64,000 nt of DNA from NCBI GenBank assembly GCA_937936045.1, contig CALGXC010000003.1:6097-70096 (forward strand). The letters are read 5' to 3'. Within the stretch, counting starts at the first letter, position 1. Each line of letters opens with the position of its first letter. This stretch comes from an uncultured Candidatus Saccharibacteria bacterium (GTDB lineage: Bacteria; Patescibacteriota; Saccharimonadia; Saccharimonadales; Saccharimonadaceae). Positions 57,013-64,000 of the stretch are shown here, piece after piece. Below the pieces are notes generated by a model. The model worked only from the letters and a program-made list of their open reading frames with translations, did no database searches and was not told where the DNA came from. The translations under genes were made by a program, and so were the position numbers.

Positions 57013-57380
57013 AAAAACTGTTAATTGTTGAGGACGATAAGAATTGGGCGGATATTCTGGGTAAGTTTGCCGCGGATGTCGGCGCGGAATATCAAGTGGT
57101 GGTTTCTGGCGGTCAGGCGATTGAAATTATTGACGATTGGCAACCTGACGCTTTAATTTTGGATATGCTGTTGGCTGGCGAAACGGCGATTGCTTTGTTG
57201 AATGAGCTACGATCGTACGCGGATTTGGCAAGTTTGCCGATTGTGGTTTGTACGAATATCGACGTTAAAATGGACGATTTGCGTCCGCTTGGCGTGAAGG
57301 CAATTTTGAATAAAACATCGATGCGTCCGAATGAGGCGCGGGCGATTTTTCGCGAGGTTCTAAATGACGGGGCAGAGTGA
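57009..57380 (+). CDS. single-domain response regulator (receiver only)
   Basis: LIVEDD, LILDM, VVCT, ILNK. ATGA overlap with the kinase. Confidence 0.85.
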   Translation: MKKLLIVEDDKNWADILGKFAADVGAEYQVVVSGGQAIEIIDDWQPDALILDMLLAGETAIALLNELRSYADLASLPIVVCTNIDVKMDDLRPLGVKAILNKTSMRPNEARAIFREVLNDGAE

Positions 57381-58044
57381 ACGAGTAAAAGCAATTGTTT
57401 TGAGGCGAACGAATTACGCCGAAGCTGACCGAGTTTTGCAATTATTAACCCCGAAAGGTCGACGTAGCGTGATCGCAAAAGGTGTGCGTCGGGAGCGCAG
57501 TAAATTAGCGGGCGGAATTGAATTATTCGCGATTTGCGACGTGGTTATTCGTTCTGGTCGGGGCGATTTGGGGCTATTAACTTCCGCTCGATTGTCGGCG
57601 TTTTATCGGCATATTTTGGAGGATTATGATCGGATGCAGTTTGCGTATTCGGTAATGAAATTGGTTTCTGCGGCGAGTGAAAATATTGACGAACCAGAGT
57701 GGTATTATGTGCTGAGCCAAGTTTTGGAGCAATTGAATAATCCCGCGATAAACCAAAAATTGATTGAAACGTGGTTTTATTTGCAATACGCGAGTTTGCT
57801 GGGAGATGAGCTGAATCTTCGCACGGACGTAACGACTGCGGCGCTACTTCCTGATAAAAAATATATGTACGATAGCGCAGAAAAAGGTTTGAGATTGGCA
57901 GAGCAGGGCGATTTGGGCGCGGACGCTATTAAGCTACTGAGGCTGATTCAAGCAAAGCCGCTCGCAAATGTGGCGCAAATCGGCGGAATAACTGAGGTTA
58001 TAAACGATTGTTGGTTGACCGCCAGACAACACGCGGCAGTGTAA
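57364..58044 (+). CDS. recO: DNA repair protein RecO
   Basis: RVKAIVLRRTNYAEADRVLQLLT OB-fold N-terminus. Confidence 0.9.
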   Translation: MTGQSERVKAIVLRRTNYAEADRVLQLLTPKGRRSVIAKGVRRERSKLAGGIELFAICDVVIRSGRGDLGLLTSARLSAFYRHILEDYDRMQFAYSVMKLVSAASENIDEPEWYYVLSQVLEQLNNPAINQKLIETWFYLQYASLLGDELNLRTDVTTAALLPDKKYMYDSAEKGLRLAEQGDLGADAIKLLRLIQAKPLANVAQIGGITEVINDCWLTARQHAAV

Positions 58045-58058
58045 AATTGTCAGTAAAA

Positions 58059-58067
58059 TGGTATAAT
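58059..58067 (+). promoter_or_regulatory. extended -10 TGgTATAAT for glyQS (SD-led)
   Basis: Read directly. GGAGAAAGG SD before ATG 58119. Confidence 0.5.
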
Positions 58068-58118
58068 TTAGGAAATAATGTGAATCGCCATGTTGCCAAC
58101 ATGGAGAAAGGTTTTTCA

Positions 58119-59462
58119 ATGAGTCAAGCAAAAATGGAAGATATTATTAGCTTGTGTAAGCGGCGCGGTTTTATTTATCAGGGTTCTGATGTTTACGGCG
58201 GTTTGTCTGGAACGTGGGATTATGGTCCGCTTGGCGTTCAATTGAAGCGCAACATTATGAATTTATGGTGGCGAATGTTTGTTGACGAGCGTGATGATAT
58301 ATATGGCGTTGATGCGGCGATTTTGATGAATCCGAAAGTTTGGAAGGCGAGTGGGCATGTGGATACGTTTGTTGACCCATTGTGCGAAGATACGGTTAAT
58401 CATCGGCGTTATCGCACTGACCACATTCTTAAGGACAATGGTATTGATGTTGACGGTTTGACGATGGAGCAAATGGATGAAGTGATTGCAGAAAAAGGAA
58501 TTAAAAGCCCAGACGGAAATCCACTGAGTAAATCTCGCACGTTTAATATGATGTTTAAGACGAGCGTTGGCGCCACCGAAAGTGAAGACAGCGTGGCATA
58601 TCTTCGTCCAGAAACTGCTCAGGGAATTTTTACCAATTTTAAGAACGTTGTTGATAGTTTTTATCCAGACTTGCCGTTTGGAATTGCTCAGCAGGGTAAG
58701 GCGTTTCGTAATGAAATTGCGCCGCGAGATTTTGTTTTCCGTAGCCGAGAGTTTGAGCAAATGGAGATTGAATATTTTGTCAATCCAGAAAATTGGCAGG
58801 AAGCGTTTGATGAATTGTTGAAGTCGACGCATGAATTTTTGGAGGCGTTGGGATTAGACCCTAAGAATATCCATGAGCTGGACGTTCCGCCAGAGGACAG
58901 AGCGCACTACAGCAAGAAGACGATTGACATTGAATACGATTTTCCAATTGGCAAGGAAGAGTTGATGGGAATTGCGTATCGGACTGATTTTGACTTGATG
59001 AACATTCAGCGCGTCAGCGGAAAGAGTATGGAATATACGATCAAGGGGACGAATGAGAAGTTTGTGCCACATGTGATTGAGCCGAGTTTTGGCGTCGAGC
59101 GGGCGCTGATGGCGGTGTTGTCGAGCGCGTATCGTGAGGACGAGCAGAACGGCAGCAAGCGTGTTTATCTGGCGCTTCCAGAACATTTGGCGCCGGTTAA
59201 ATTTGCCGTTTCGCCGCTACTTAAGAATAAGCCAGAATTGGTGGAGAAGGCGCGTGAAATTTACGCCAACCTATCTAAGAAAAATCCTGGACGTGTTATG
59301 TGGGATGACAATGGAAACATCGGTAAGCGATATCGCCGTCAGGATGAAATTGGTACGCCGCACTGCGTGGTTATCGATTTTCAGACGCTGGAAGATGACA
59401 CTGTTACCGTTCGTGAGCGAGATACGACGGAGCAGAGGCGAGTGAAGGTTGAGGAGTTGTAG
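58119..59462 (+). CDS. glyQS: glycyl-tRNA synthetase (homodimeric alpha2 type)
   Basis: EDIISLCKRRGFIYQGSDVYGG; FRNEIAPRDFVFRSREFEQME. Confidence 0.93.
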   Translation: MSQAKMEDIISLCKRRGFIYQGSDVYGGLSGTWDYGPLGVQLKRNIMNLWWRMFVDERDDIYGVDAAILMNPKVWKASGHVDTFVDPLCEDTVNHRRYRTDHILKDNGIDVDGLTMEQMDEVIAEKGIKSPDGNPLSKSRTFNMMFKTSVGATESEDSVAYLRPETAQGIFTNFKNVVDSFYPDLPFGIAQQGKAFRNEIAPRDFVFRSREFEQMEIEYFVNPENWQEAFDELLKSTHEFLEALGLDPKNIHELDVPPEDRAHYSKKTIDIEYDFPIGKEELMGIAYRTDFDLMNIQRVSGKSMEYTIKGTNEKFVPHVIEPSFGVERALMAVLSSAYREDEQNGSKRVYLALPEHLAPVKFAVSPLLKNKPELVEKAREIYANLSKKNPGRVMWDDNGNIGKRYRRQDEIGTPHCVVIDFQTLEDDTVTVRERDTTEQRRVKVEEL

Positions 59463-59507
59463 ATATTGGACGTGAAAAAAGCAAATTGGTTTTGAGGAGA
59501 TAAAAGA

Positions 59508-60125
59508 TTGACAAAAAGTAGACCTGAGTTTGATAAAATCACATCGTTTGATGAGTTTAATCAATACTATTGGTATCGTGAAGAACTTTCACAGATATGC
59601 AGGTCGCTAGCATTAGAACATAGAGGTACAAAACAAGAACTTAATTATATTATTGAGCAGTACTTTAAGGGTAATTTAATTAAAAAATCATCAATAAAAA
59701 ACGAAACAAAGCAAGTTGAAAATATTACTCTATATATGCCATTACTTGAATGTGGGTTTTCCTTTAATACAAAATTTAGAGAATATTTCTCTGCCGTAAC
59801 AGGTATTGCACCTTTTAAATTTACTGCTGATATGGCTACTGCTTGGAGAAAAGTAAAAAGAGAAAATGATTTGAGTTTTACGATTCAAGATATGCTGAAA
59901 GTTTATTATGGAAAATCGGATTATGCTAAATATGATAATTCGGTTTGTCAATGGAATCAATTTTTAAAGGATTTCTGTGCAGACGAAAATAGTCGCAACT
60001 ATTCGAATAAGTTAAAAGTAGCTGCTATTCTTTGGAAAGAAGTTAGAGATTCAAGAAATGAAAAAATTTATTCAAAGAATCTTTTGACTGAATATGCAGG
60101 AAAAATAAAAGAGTATCACAATTAG
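59508..60125 (+). CDS. hypothetical protein in AT-rich islet (N-terminus resembles SAP/DUF6434-type proteins)
   Basis: TTG after GAGGAG SD. RPEFDKI..FNQYYWYREELSQICRSL..GTKQEL. The resemblance is from memory only. Confidence 0.55.
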   Translation: MTKSRPEFDKITSFDEFNQYYWYREELSQICRSLALEHRGTKQELNYIIEQYFKGNLIKKSSIKNETKQVENITLYMPLLECGFSFNTKFREYFSAVTGIAPFKFTADMATAWRKVKRENDLSFTIQDMLKVYYGKSDYAKYDNSVCQWNQFLKDFCADENSRNYSNKLKVAAILWKEVRDSRNEKIYSKNLLTEYAGKIKEYHN

Positions 60126-60139
60126 GTAATTTAGGTAAT
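60122..60139. repeat. tandem 9-mer TTAGGTAAT x2
   Basis: Read directly. It spans the stop codon of the 59508 gene. Confidence 0.9.
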
Positions 60140-60177
60140 TCCTAACTTATTAACACCCAATGAGTAGTTAGTAAATG

Positions 60178-60203
60178 GATATTGGAAAGAGATATTGGAA
60201 AGA
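60178..60203. repeat. perfect tandem 13-mer GATATTGGAAAGA x2
   Basis: Read directly. About 50 nt upstream of the NUDIX -10 box. Confidence 0.9.
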
Positions 60204-60254
60204 CAGAGTATACTGTAGGTGAAATGGTATTAGCTATCTAGCGCTCGGGTGTAG

Positions 60255-60260
60255 TATAAT
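60255..60260 (+). promoter_or_regulatory. -10 TATAAT, 7 nt before ATG 60268
   Basis: It overlaps the ORF-track ATG 60259, so the start is moved to 60268. Confidence 0.5.
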
Positions 60261-60267
60261 GACTTTC

Positions 60268-60759
60268 ATGACAAAAATCACCAACGGACGTATCATTACA
60301 CAGAATTTAGATGGAACGGACCATCTGGATTGTCTGTATCGCGTTTCCATAAAAGCTCTGATTTACAACGATGCTGGGCAGATTTTGGTTGTTAAAGAGG
60401 ACGGGCGGCCGCTTTGGGATCTTCCTGGCGGCGGAATGGATTATGGTGAAACTTTTGAGTCGGCTTTGAAGCGGGAATTGTATGAAGAAGTTGGCTATAA
60501 GGGCAATCTTCGCTATCAGCTTTTTGATGCGTCGGACGAGATTTATATTGAGCGAATTGATGCTAATCAAATTTGTTTTTCTTGTCGTGTGTGGACGGAA
60601 AACTTTGATTTTTCAGCGGGCGTCGATGCGGACGAAGTGATGTTTATGGATCCTGAAGAGTTGCGACTCCAAGAGAGCGAGTCGGGCGCGCCGCTTCGAT
60701 ATAAAGTGCATTTGAAGTGGCAAAAATTGTGTGGCGCAAATAGTTTGCCGACAGAGTAG
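60268..60759 (+). CDS. NUDIX hydrolase
   Basis: Nudix box GGGMDYGETFESALKRELYEEVG. Confidence 0.88.
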   Translation: MTKITNGRIITQNLDGTDHLDCLYRVSIKALIYNDAGQILVVKEDGRPLWDLPGGGMDYGETFESALKRELYEEVGYKGNLRYQLFDASDEIYIERIDANQICFSCRVWTENFDFSAGVDADEVMFMDPEELRLQESESGAPLRYKVHLKWQKLCGANSLPTE

Positions 60760-60761
60760 TA

Positions 60762-60790
60762 TTGACTTTTTCCATAAAATAGTATAGAAT
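60762..60790 (+). promoter_or_regulatory. promoter TTGACT-17nt-TAGAAT, 7 nt before ATG 60798
   Basis: Read directly. Confidence 0.5.
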
Positions 60791-60797
60791 ATCAGGC

Positions 60798-61415
60798 ATG
60801 GAAAAAAATACAGGCGGCGTATCTCTTGATATTAGATTTATTGATTCTGGTAATAGCTCAGAGAATTATTCCTCTGCCGAAAGTCGACGCTTGATAGGGA
60901 TTTATGATGGCGATTGGTCTTTGGAAGAAGATGGGACTGTGAACGCGTCCATGGTGTTTGCCAGAAGAGTGGGCGATATTCGTAGTCATGGGAATTTGAT
61001 AGAAAAGGTTCGCGGAATTGGTGAGAGTATGGCGCGAGTGTCTATTTCAGAGTGCCTTGCTACCGAAGATGAAAAAGTGGAAGTAGACAGTAGATTGATA
61101 GCTGACCCCATGTTGGGCGGGGGATCTTTCTTGTATAGAGTAATGACAACCGAGATAATTGTCCCTGATTCTATCGAAAATAGATTTGATGACAATCGGA
61201 AGTTGGAAATTGTCAGAGTTGCTTTACGCGTTGGAGCTGTGGCTTTGCATTGTGTAGGATTGCCGCTAGCAGAGCTCAAGGAATCGTCTACTAAGAGTTT
61301 CTCCTCGGATAAGGTGAATGGGCTTGTTTCTCGTTTCTATAGCGATGTGGATTTTGGTAGCGAGTGGAGAGAATATAAGAAAATAGCCAAAGATTTAACG
61401 TATGAGAAAGACTGA
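60798..61415 (+). CDS. hypothetical protein (205 aa)
   Basis: ORF after the promoter. No recognised motif. Its C-terminal segment resembles that of the next ORF. Confidence 0.65.
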   Translation: MEKNTGGVSLDIRFIDSGNSSENYSSAESRRLIGIYDGDWSLEEDGTVNASMVFARRVGDIRSHGNLIEKVRGIGESMARVSISECLATEDEKVEVDSRLIADPMLGGGSFLYRVMTTEIIVPDSIENRFDDNRKLEIVRVALRVGAVALHCVGLPLAELKESSTKSFSSDKVNGLVSRFYSDVDFGSEWREYKKIAKDLTYEKD

Positions 61416-61887
61416 TAATTACGGCGCCAGAGTTAATATCGAGAATATTATGGAGGGCGAAGTCGACGAGGATTTGTTATTTGCTTTATTGACTAGATTA
61501 GTTGTTAAGGACGAGGTTCTCGATATGGATGTAATGTTGGCTAGTCGCTGTCATGAGTATTCAGGACATATCATGTTAGCGGAGAAGCGTCTCCCTAGCC
61601 AGTCCACATCCATACAATCGCCATTTCAGTTTCCGTATGATAAAACTGAGCTGCGAAGCTGGCGGGATGGGTGGGGTGTACATTCTGTTGGAGGGATAAG
61701 AGGAGGATTCAGGAAGAATGCTTATTTTTCTTCAGATAATGCGGAATATCTCATGAGACGAGTGGCTGCCGTGGCTGTTGGGCTTTGCTTGAAAACGCCT
61801 TTACAAGAGCTGGATTCTGTCAAGGAGTTTTCGGCCGAGGAGCTGGCAGAAGCTTGGCCGAGGCTTAGATACGGAATTTACATTTAA
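61402..61887 (+). CDS. hypothetical protein (161 aa), possible paralogue of 60798..61415
   Basis: 14-nt overlap with the upstream ORF. Shared C..PL.EL segment. Confidence 0.6.
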   Translation: MRKTDNYGARVNIENIMEGEVDEDLLFALLTRLVVKDEVLDMDVMLASRCHEYSGHIMLAEKRLPSQSTSIQSPFQFPYDKTELRSWRDGWGVHSVGGIRGGFRKNAYFSSDNAEYLMRRVAAVAVGLCLKTPLQELDSVKEFSAEELAEAWPRLRYGIYI

Positions 61888-61896
61888 TATCGCCAT

Positions 61897-61905
61897 TGCT
61901 ATAAT
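61897..61905 (+). promoter_or_regulatory. extended -10 TGcTATAAT, 6 nt before ATG 61912
   Basis: Read directly. Confidence 0.5.
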
Positions 61906-61911
61906 AACCAT

Positions 61912-62580
61912 ATGCATATTATTCTTGGTGGGACGAGTGGGCTTGGATTAGAAATGGCGAAGCAGCTGCGGGAACGTGGCGAGCGTGTGTTGGTTTTAGG
62001 TAAAACACATAATCCGCAAAAACACGGAGAAGGCTTTCCTCTGGATGTGTATTATTCAGATCAAGTGGAGTCGGCGTCAGCGCGAATTGAGCAGATTTTA
62101 AACGGTGATGATATTGATCAATTTGTGTGGGCGGCTGGATATGGCTGGCGCGGCAATTTTGAAGATCAGCCGAGCGTTCGCAGCATGGCGGAAGTTAATT
62201 TTTCAGGCGCGTTGCCACTGGTTCAATGGGCTTGGCGTAAGATGTCAACGCAGAATCGCAAGTCTGTACTAACGATTATCGGGTCGACAAGTAGCGTTAA
62301 AGCGCGCTCAGATGAAGCTGTGTACGTTGCAACGAAGCACGCTCAAGCGGGTTTGGCGCGAAGTTTGGGAATGCAGGCGGATGAGCAAAAACTTCCAGTT
62401 AGAGTTGCGCTATTTTTGCCGGGCGCCATGAAAACTCCGTTTTGGAATGGGCGCGATCTTCCAGCTGATTATATGTTTTTCAACGATCCTGCGAAAATTG
62501 CCACGCACATTATCAACGCGATTGATTGTCAGCAACAGCCGTTTTTGGAATGGGCGTTGCCAAAAGGCACGTTGGTTTAG
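61912..62580 (+). CDS. short-chain dehydrogenase/reductase (SDR)
   Basis: ILGGTSGLGLE (TGxxxGxG-like) and YVATKHA (YxxxK). Confidence 0.88.
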   Translation: MHIILGGTSGLGLEMAKQLRERGERVLVLGKTHNPQKHGEGFPLDVYYSDQVESASARIEQILNGDDIDQFVWAAGYGWRGNFEDQPSVRSMAEVNFSGALPLVQWAWRKMSTQNRKSVLTIIGSTSSVKARSDEAVYVATKHAQAGLARSLGMQADEQKLPVRVALFLPGAMKTPFWNGRDLPADYMFFNDPAKIATHIINAIDCQQQPFLEWALPKGTLV

Positions 62581-62591
62581 GCTTTCCAAGG

Positions 62592-62600
62592 TGCTATAAT
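62592..62600 (+). promoter_or_regulatory. extended -10 TGcTATAAT, 6 nt before ATG 62607
   Basis: Read directly. It argues against the 62526 start. Confidence 0.5.
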
Positions 62601-62606
62601 TCAAGC

Positions 62607-63623
62607 ATGACAAATGGTTCGAATAATGATTATTTTGGGGTAAAAGTTGTAGTTATTGGCGGCGGAACGGGAAGTTTCACGCTGCTTTCTGGATTGAAAA
62701 AATATACACACAGCATTACAGCGTTGGTCAATATGGTCGACGATGGCGGCTCAACGGGCGTGTTGCGTGATGAATTGGGCGTGTTACCAGCGGGCGACGT
62801 TAGGCAATGTCTGGTGGCGCTGAGTACTTCGCCGAAGGTTCGCGATTTGTTCAATTATCGGTTCGGCGAGGGCAGTATGAAGGGTCACGCGTTCGGCAAT
62901 TTATTCATGGCGGCACTGGAAAAGATGACAGGAAGTTTTGCTGATGCAGTGGAATTGGCTAGCGAAGTTCTGGGCGTCAATGGTCGAGTTTATCCGATTA
63001 CTTTGGACGACACAACGATGTCGATTAAGCTGAAAGACGGCACGGTTGTTGATGGTCAGCACGCGGCTGAGTCGCTAAAGATTCCACGTGGCGAGCGTCC
63101 GTGGCTAGAACTTAAACCACCAGCTACGATTAACCCGCGAGCTCGTCAAGCGATTTTGGATGCTGATTTGGTGGTGATTGCGCCGGGGCTTTTGTACGGC
63201 AGTTTGGCGCCAGCGTTACTGGTTCGAGGTGTCACTCGGGCACTTACTGAAACGAAGGCGAAAAAAGTCTATGTTTGCAATTTGGTTACCAAGCCAACGC
63301 AGACTGATGGATTTACCGTGGCGGATTTTGCGGATGAAATTGAGCGATTTTCAGGGGTGAATATGGATTATGTGCTTTACAATAACCATCGCCCGCCAGA
63401 GGAATTGATAAAGAAATATGCTCACGACGGCGAATATTTGGTCGAGTGGGATAAGGAATTGCTGAAGAAAAAGCATTATTATGCGTCGGGCAAGCGTTTG
63501 ATTGCTGATGACGTATGGGTCAACACGAACTCCAGCAGCGATCCGTTAGCAGCTCAGCGTAGCTTGATTCGTCACGATGCCGACAGGGTAGCACGCGAAT
63601 TGATGCGGATTTATTTTGCCTAA
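62607..63623 (+). CDS. yvcK: YvcK/CofD-family (UPF0052) gluconeogenesis/cell-shape factor
   Basis: VVVIGGGTGSFTLLSGLK...NMVDDGGSTGVLRDELGVLPAGDVRQCLVAL. Confidence 0.92.
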   Translation: MTNGSNNDYFGVKVVVIGGGTGSFTLLSGLKKYTHSITALVNMVDDGGSTGVLRDELGVLPAGDVRQCLVALSTSPKVRDLFNYRFGEGSMKGHAFGNLFMAALEKMTGSFADAVELASEVLGVNGRVYPITLDDTTMSIKLKDGTVVDGQHAAESLKIPRGERPWLELKPPATINPRARQAILDADLVVIAPGLLYGSLAPALLVRGVTRALTETKAKKVYVCNLVTKPTQTDGFTVADFADEIERFSGVNMDYVLYNNHRPPEELIKKYAHDGEYLVEWDKELLKKKHYYASGKRLIADDVWVNTNSSSDPLAAQRSLIRHDADRVARELMRIYFA

Positions 63624-63741
63624 TGGGCGACAAAAACTTTTCAATTCTTGAGGTTAATCCGGTAGCAAGGATTGATGCGTCGGATTATGGTATAGACGTG
63701 CCGTGTGCTATCATAAAACATGCGAAGGAATTATGCATTGA

Positions 63742-64000
63742 ATGAAAATTGACAATAGTTTTCCAGCTGTTTTTTGGGGCAAAGACAAGTCGACGAAAGC
63801 TCAATTTTGTCCGTGCGAAGATATTTTCGATTCCTCGCTTGTGACATCGTGTATGGTTTGTGCAGTTCATGAAAATAAAATACTTCTGGCCAAGCCACCG
63901 CGTGGCTGGGGTTTGCCAGGTGGACGTATGGAATTAGGAGAAACGCCAGAAGATTGTGCGCGGCGCGAGGTGTATGAGGAAGCATCCGTTGAACTAAATT
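63742..64000 (+). CDS. NUDIX hydrolase, 3' end outside the window
   Basis: My own translation: ...GWGLPGGRMELGETPEDCARREVYEEASVEL (Nudix box). The frame is open to the window end. Confidence 0.8.
   Translation, partial: MKIDNSFPAVFWGKDKSTKAQFCPCEDIFDSSLVTSCMVCAVHENKILLAKPPRGWGLPGGRMELGETPEDCARREVYEEASVELN

Noticed and set aside
60178-60203. Possible CRISPR or other array
   Set aside because: There are only two directly abutting 13-nt copies with no spacers, and no cas genes in the window. It is reported instead as a tandem repeat or possible binding site.
63656-63686. Hairpin AATCCG...CGGATT after yvcK as a terminator or small RNA
   Set aside because: The stem is only 6 bp with a 19-nt loop, and no T-tract follows. 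The evidence is insufficient.
63720-63752. 10-codon ORF (MRRNYALNEN) starting 5 nt after a TGcTATCAT -10 box upstream of the second NUDIX gene
   Set aside because: It is too short to support and I cannot assess conservation. It is noted only because it fits the leaderless spacing. The NUDIX ATG at 63742 lies within it, in another frame.

Overview
The window is a gene-dense (about 90% coding), mid-40s %GC stretch of a small, streamlined chromosome with a Gram-positive-type envelope. By gene content it resembles Saccharibacteria/Patescibacteria, but that is an inference I cannot check without a database search. Most of it is housekeeping. I see six aminoacyl-tRNA synthetases (ileS, proS, lysS, serS, glyQS), the translation factors prfA, prfB, frr, tsf and hpf, and ribosomal proteins L21, L27, L31 and S2. 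Also present are parAB, recF, recO, xseAB, secA, lepB, greA and envelope genes (murD, uppS, uppP, an LCP protein, rseP, ftsEX). I found no rRNA, tRNA, CRISPR array, transposase or prophage block. Between the housekeeping operons sit about ten orphan genes with no recognisable function. The observations most worth a second look are these. (1) About two dozen genes have a TGnTATAAT-type -10 box only 6-10 nt upstream of the start codon, which implies widespread leaderless mRNAs. (2) A solitary membrane-anchored protein combines a collagen repeat with a phage-tail-fibre-like C-terminal domain. (3) An FtsE-FtsX-coiled-coil-CHAP (PcsB-like)-CtpA cluster is present. (4) A ParB/Srx-like locus is split by one in-frame TAG. 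(5) A small nucleotidyltransferase-fold gene is translationally wedged between frr and uppS. (6) A sensor-less histidine kinase and a receiver-only regulator are coupled to recO. (7) An AT-rich islet after glyQS carries tandem repeats and is followed by a pair of possibly paralogous orphan genes. I did not find a clear multi-gene novel system. The candidates listed are hypotheses built from motif-level reading only.
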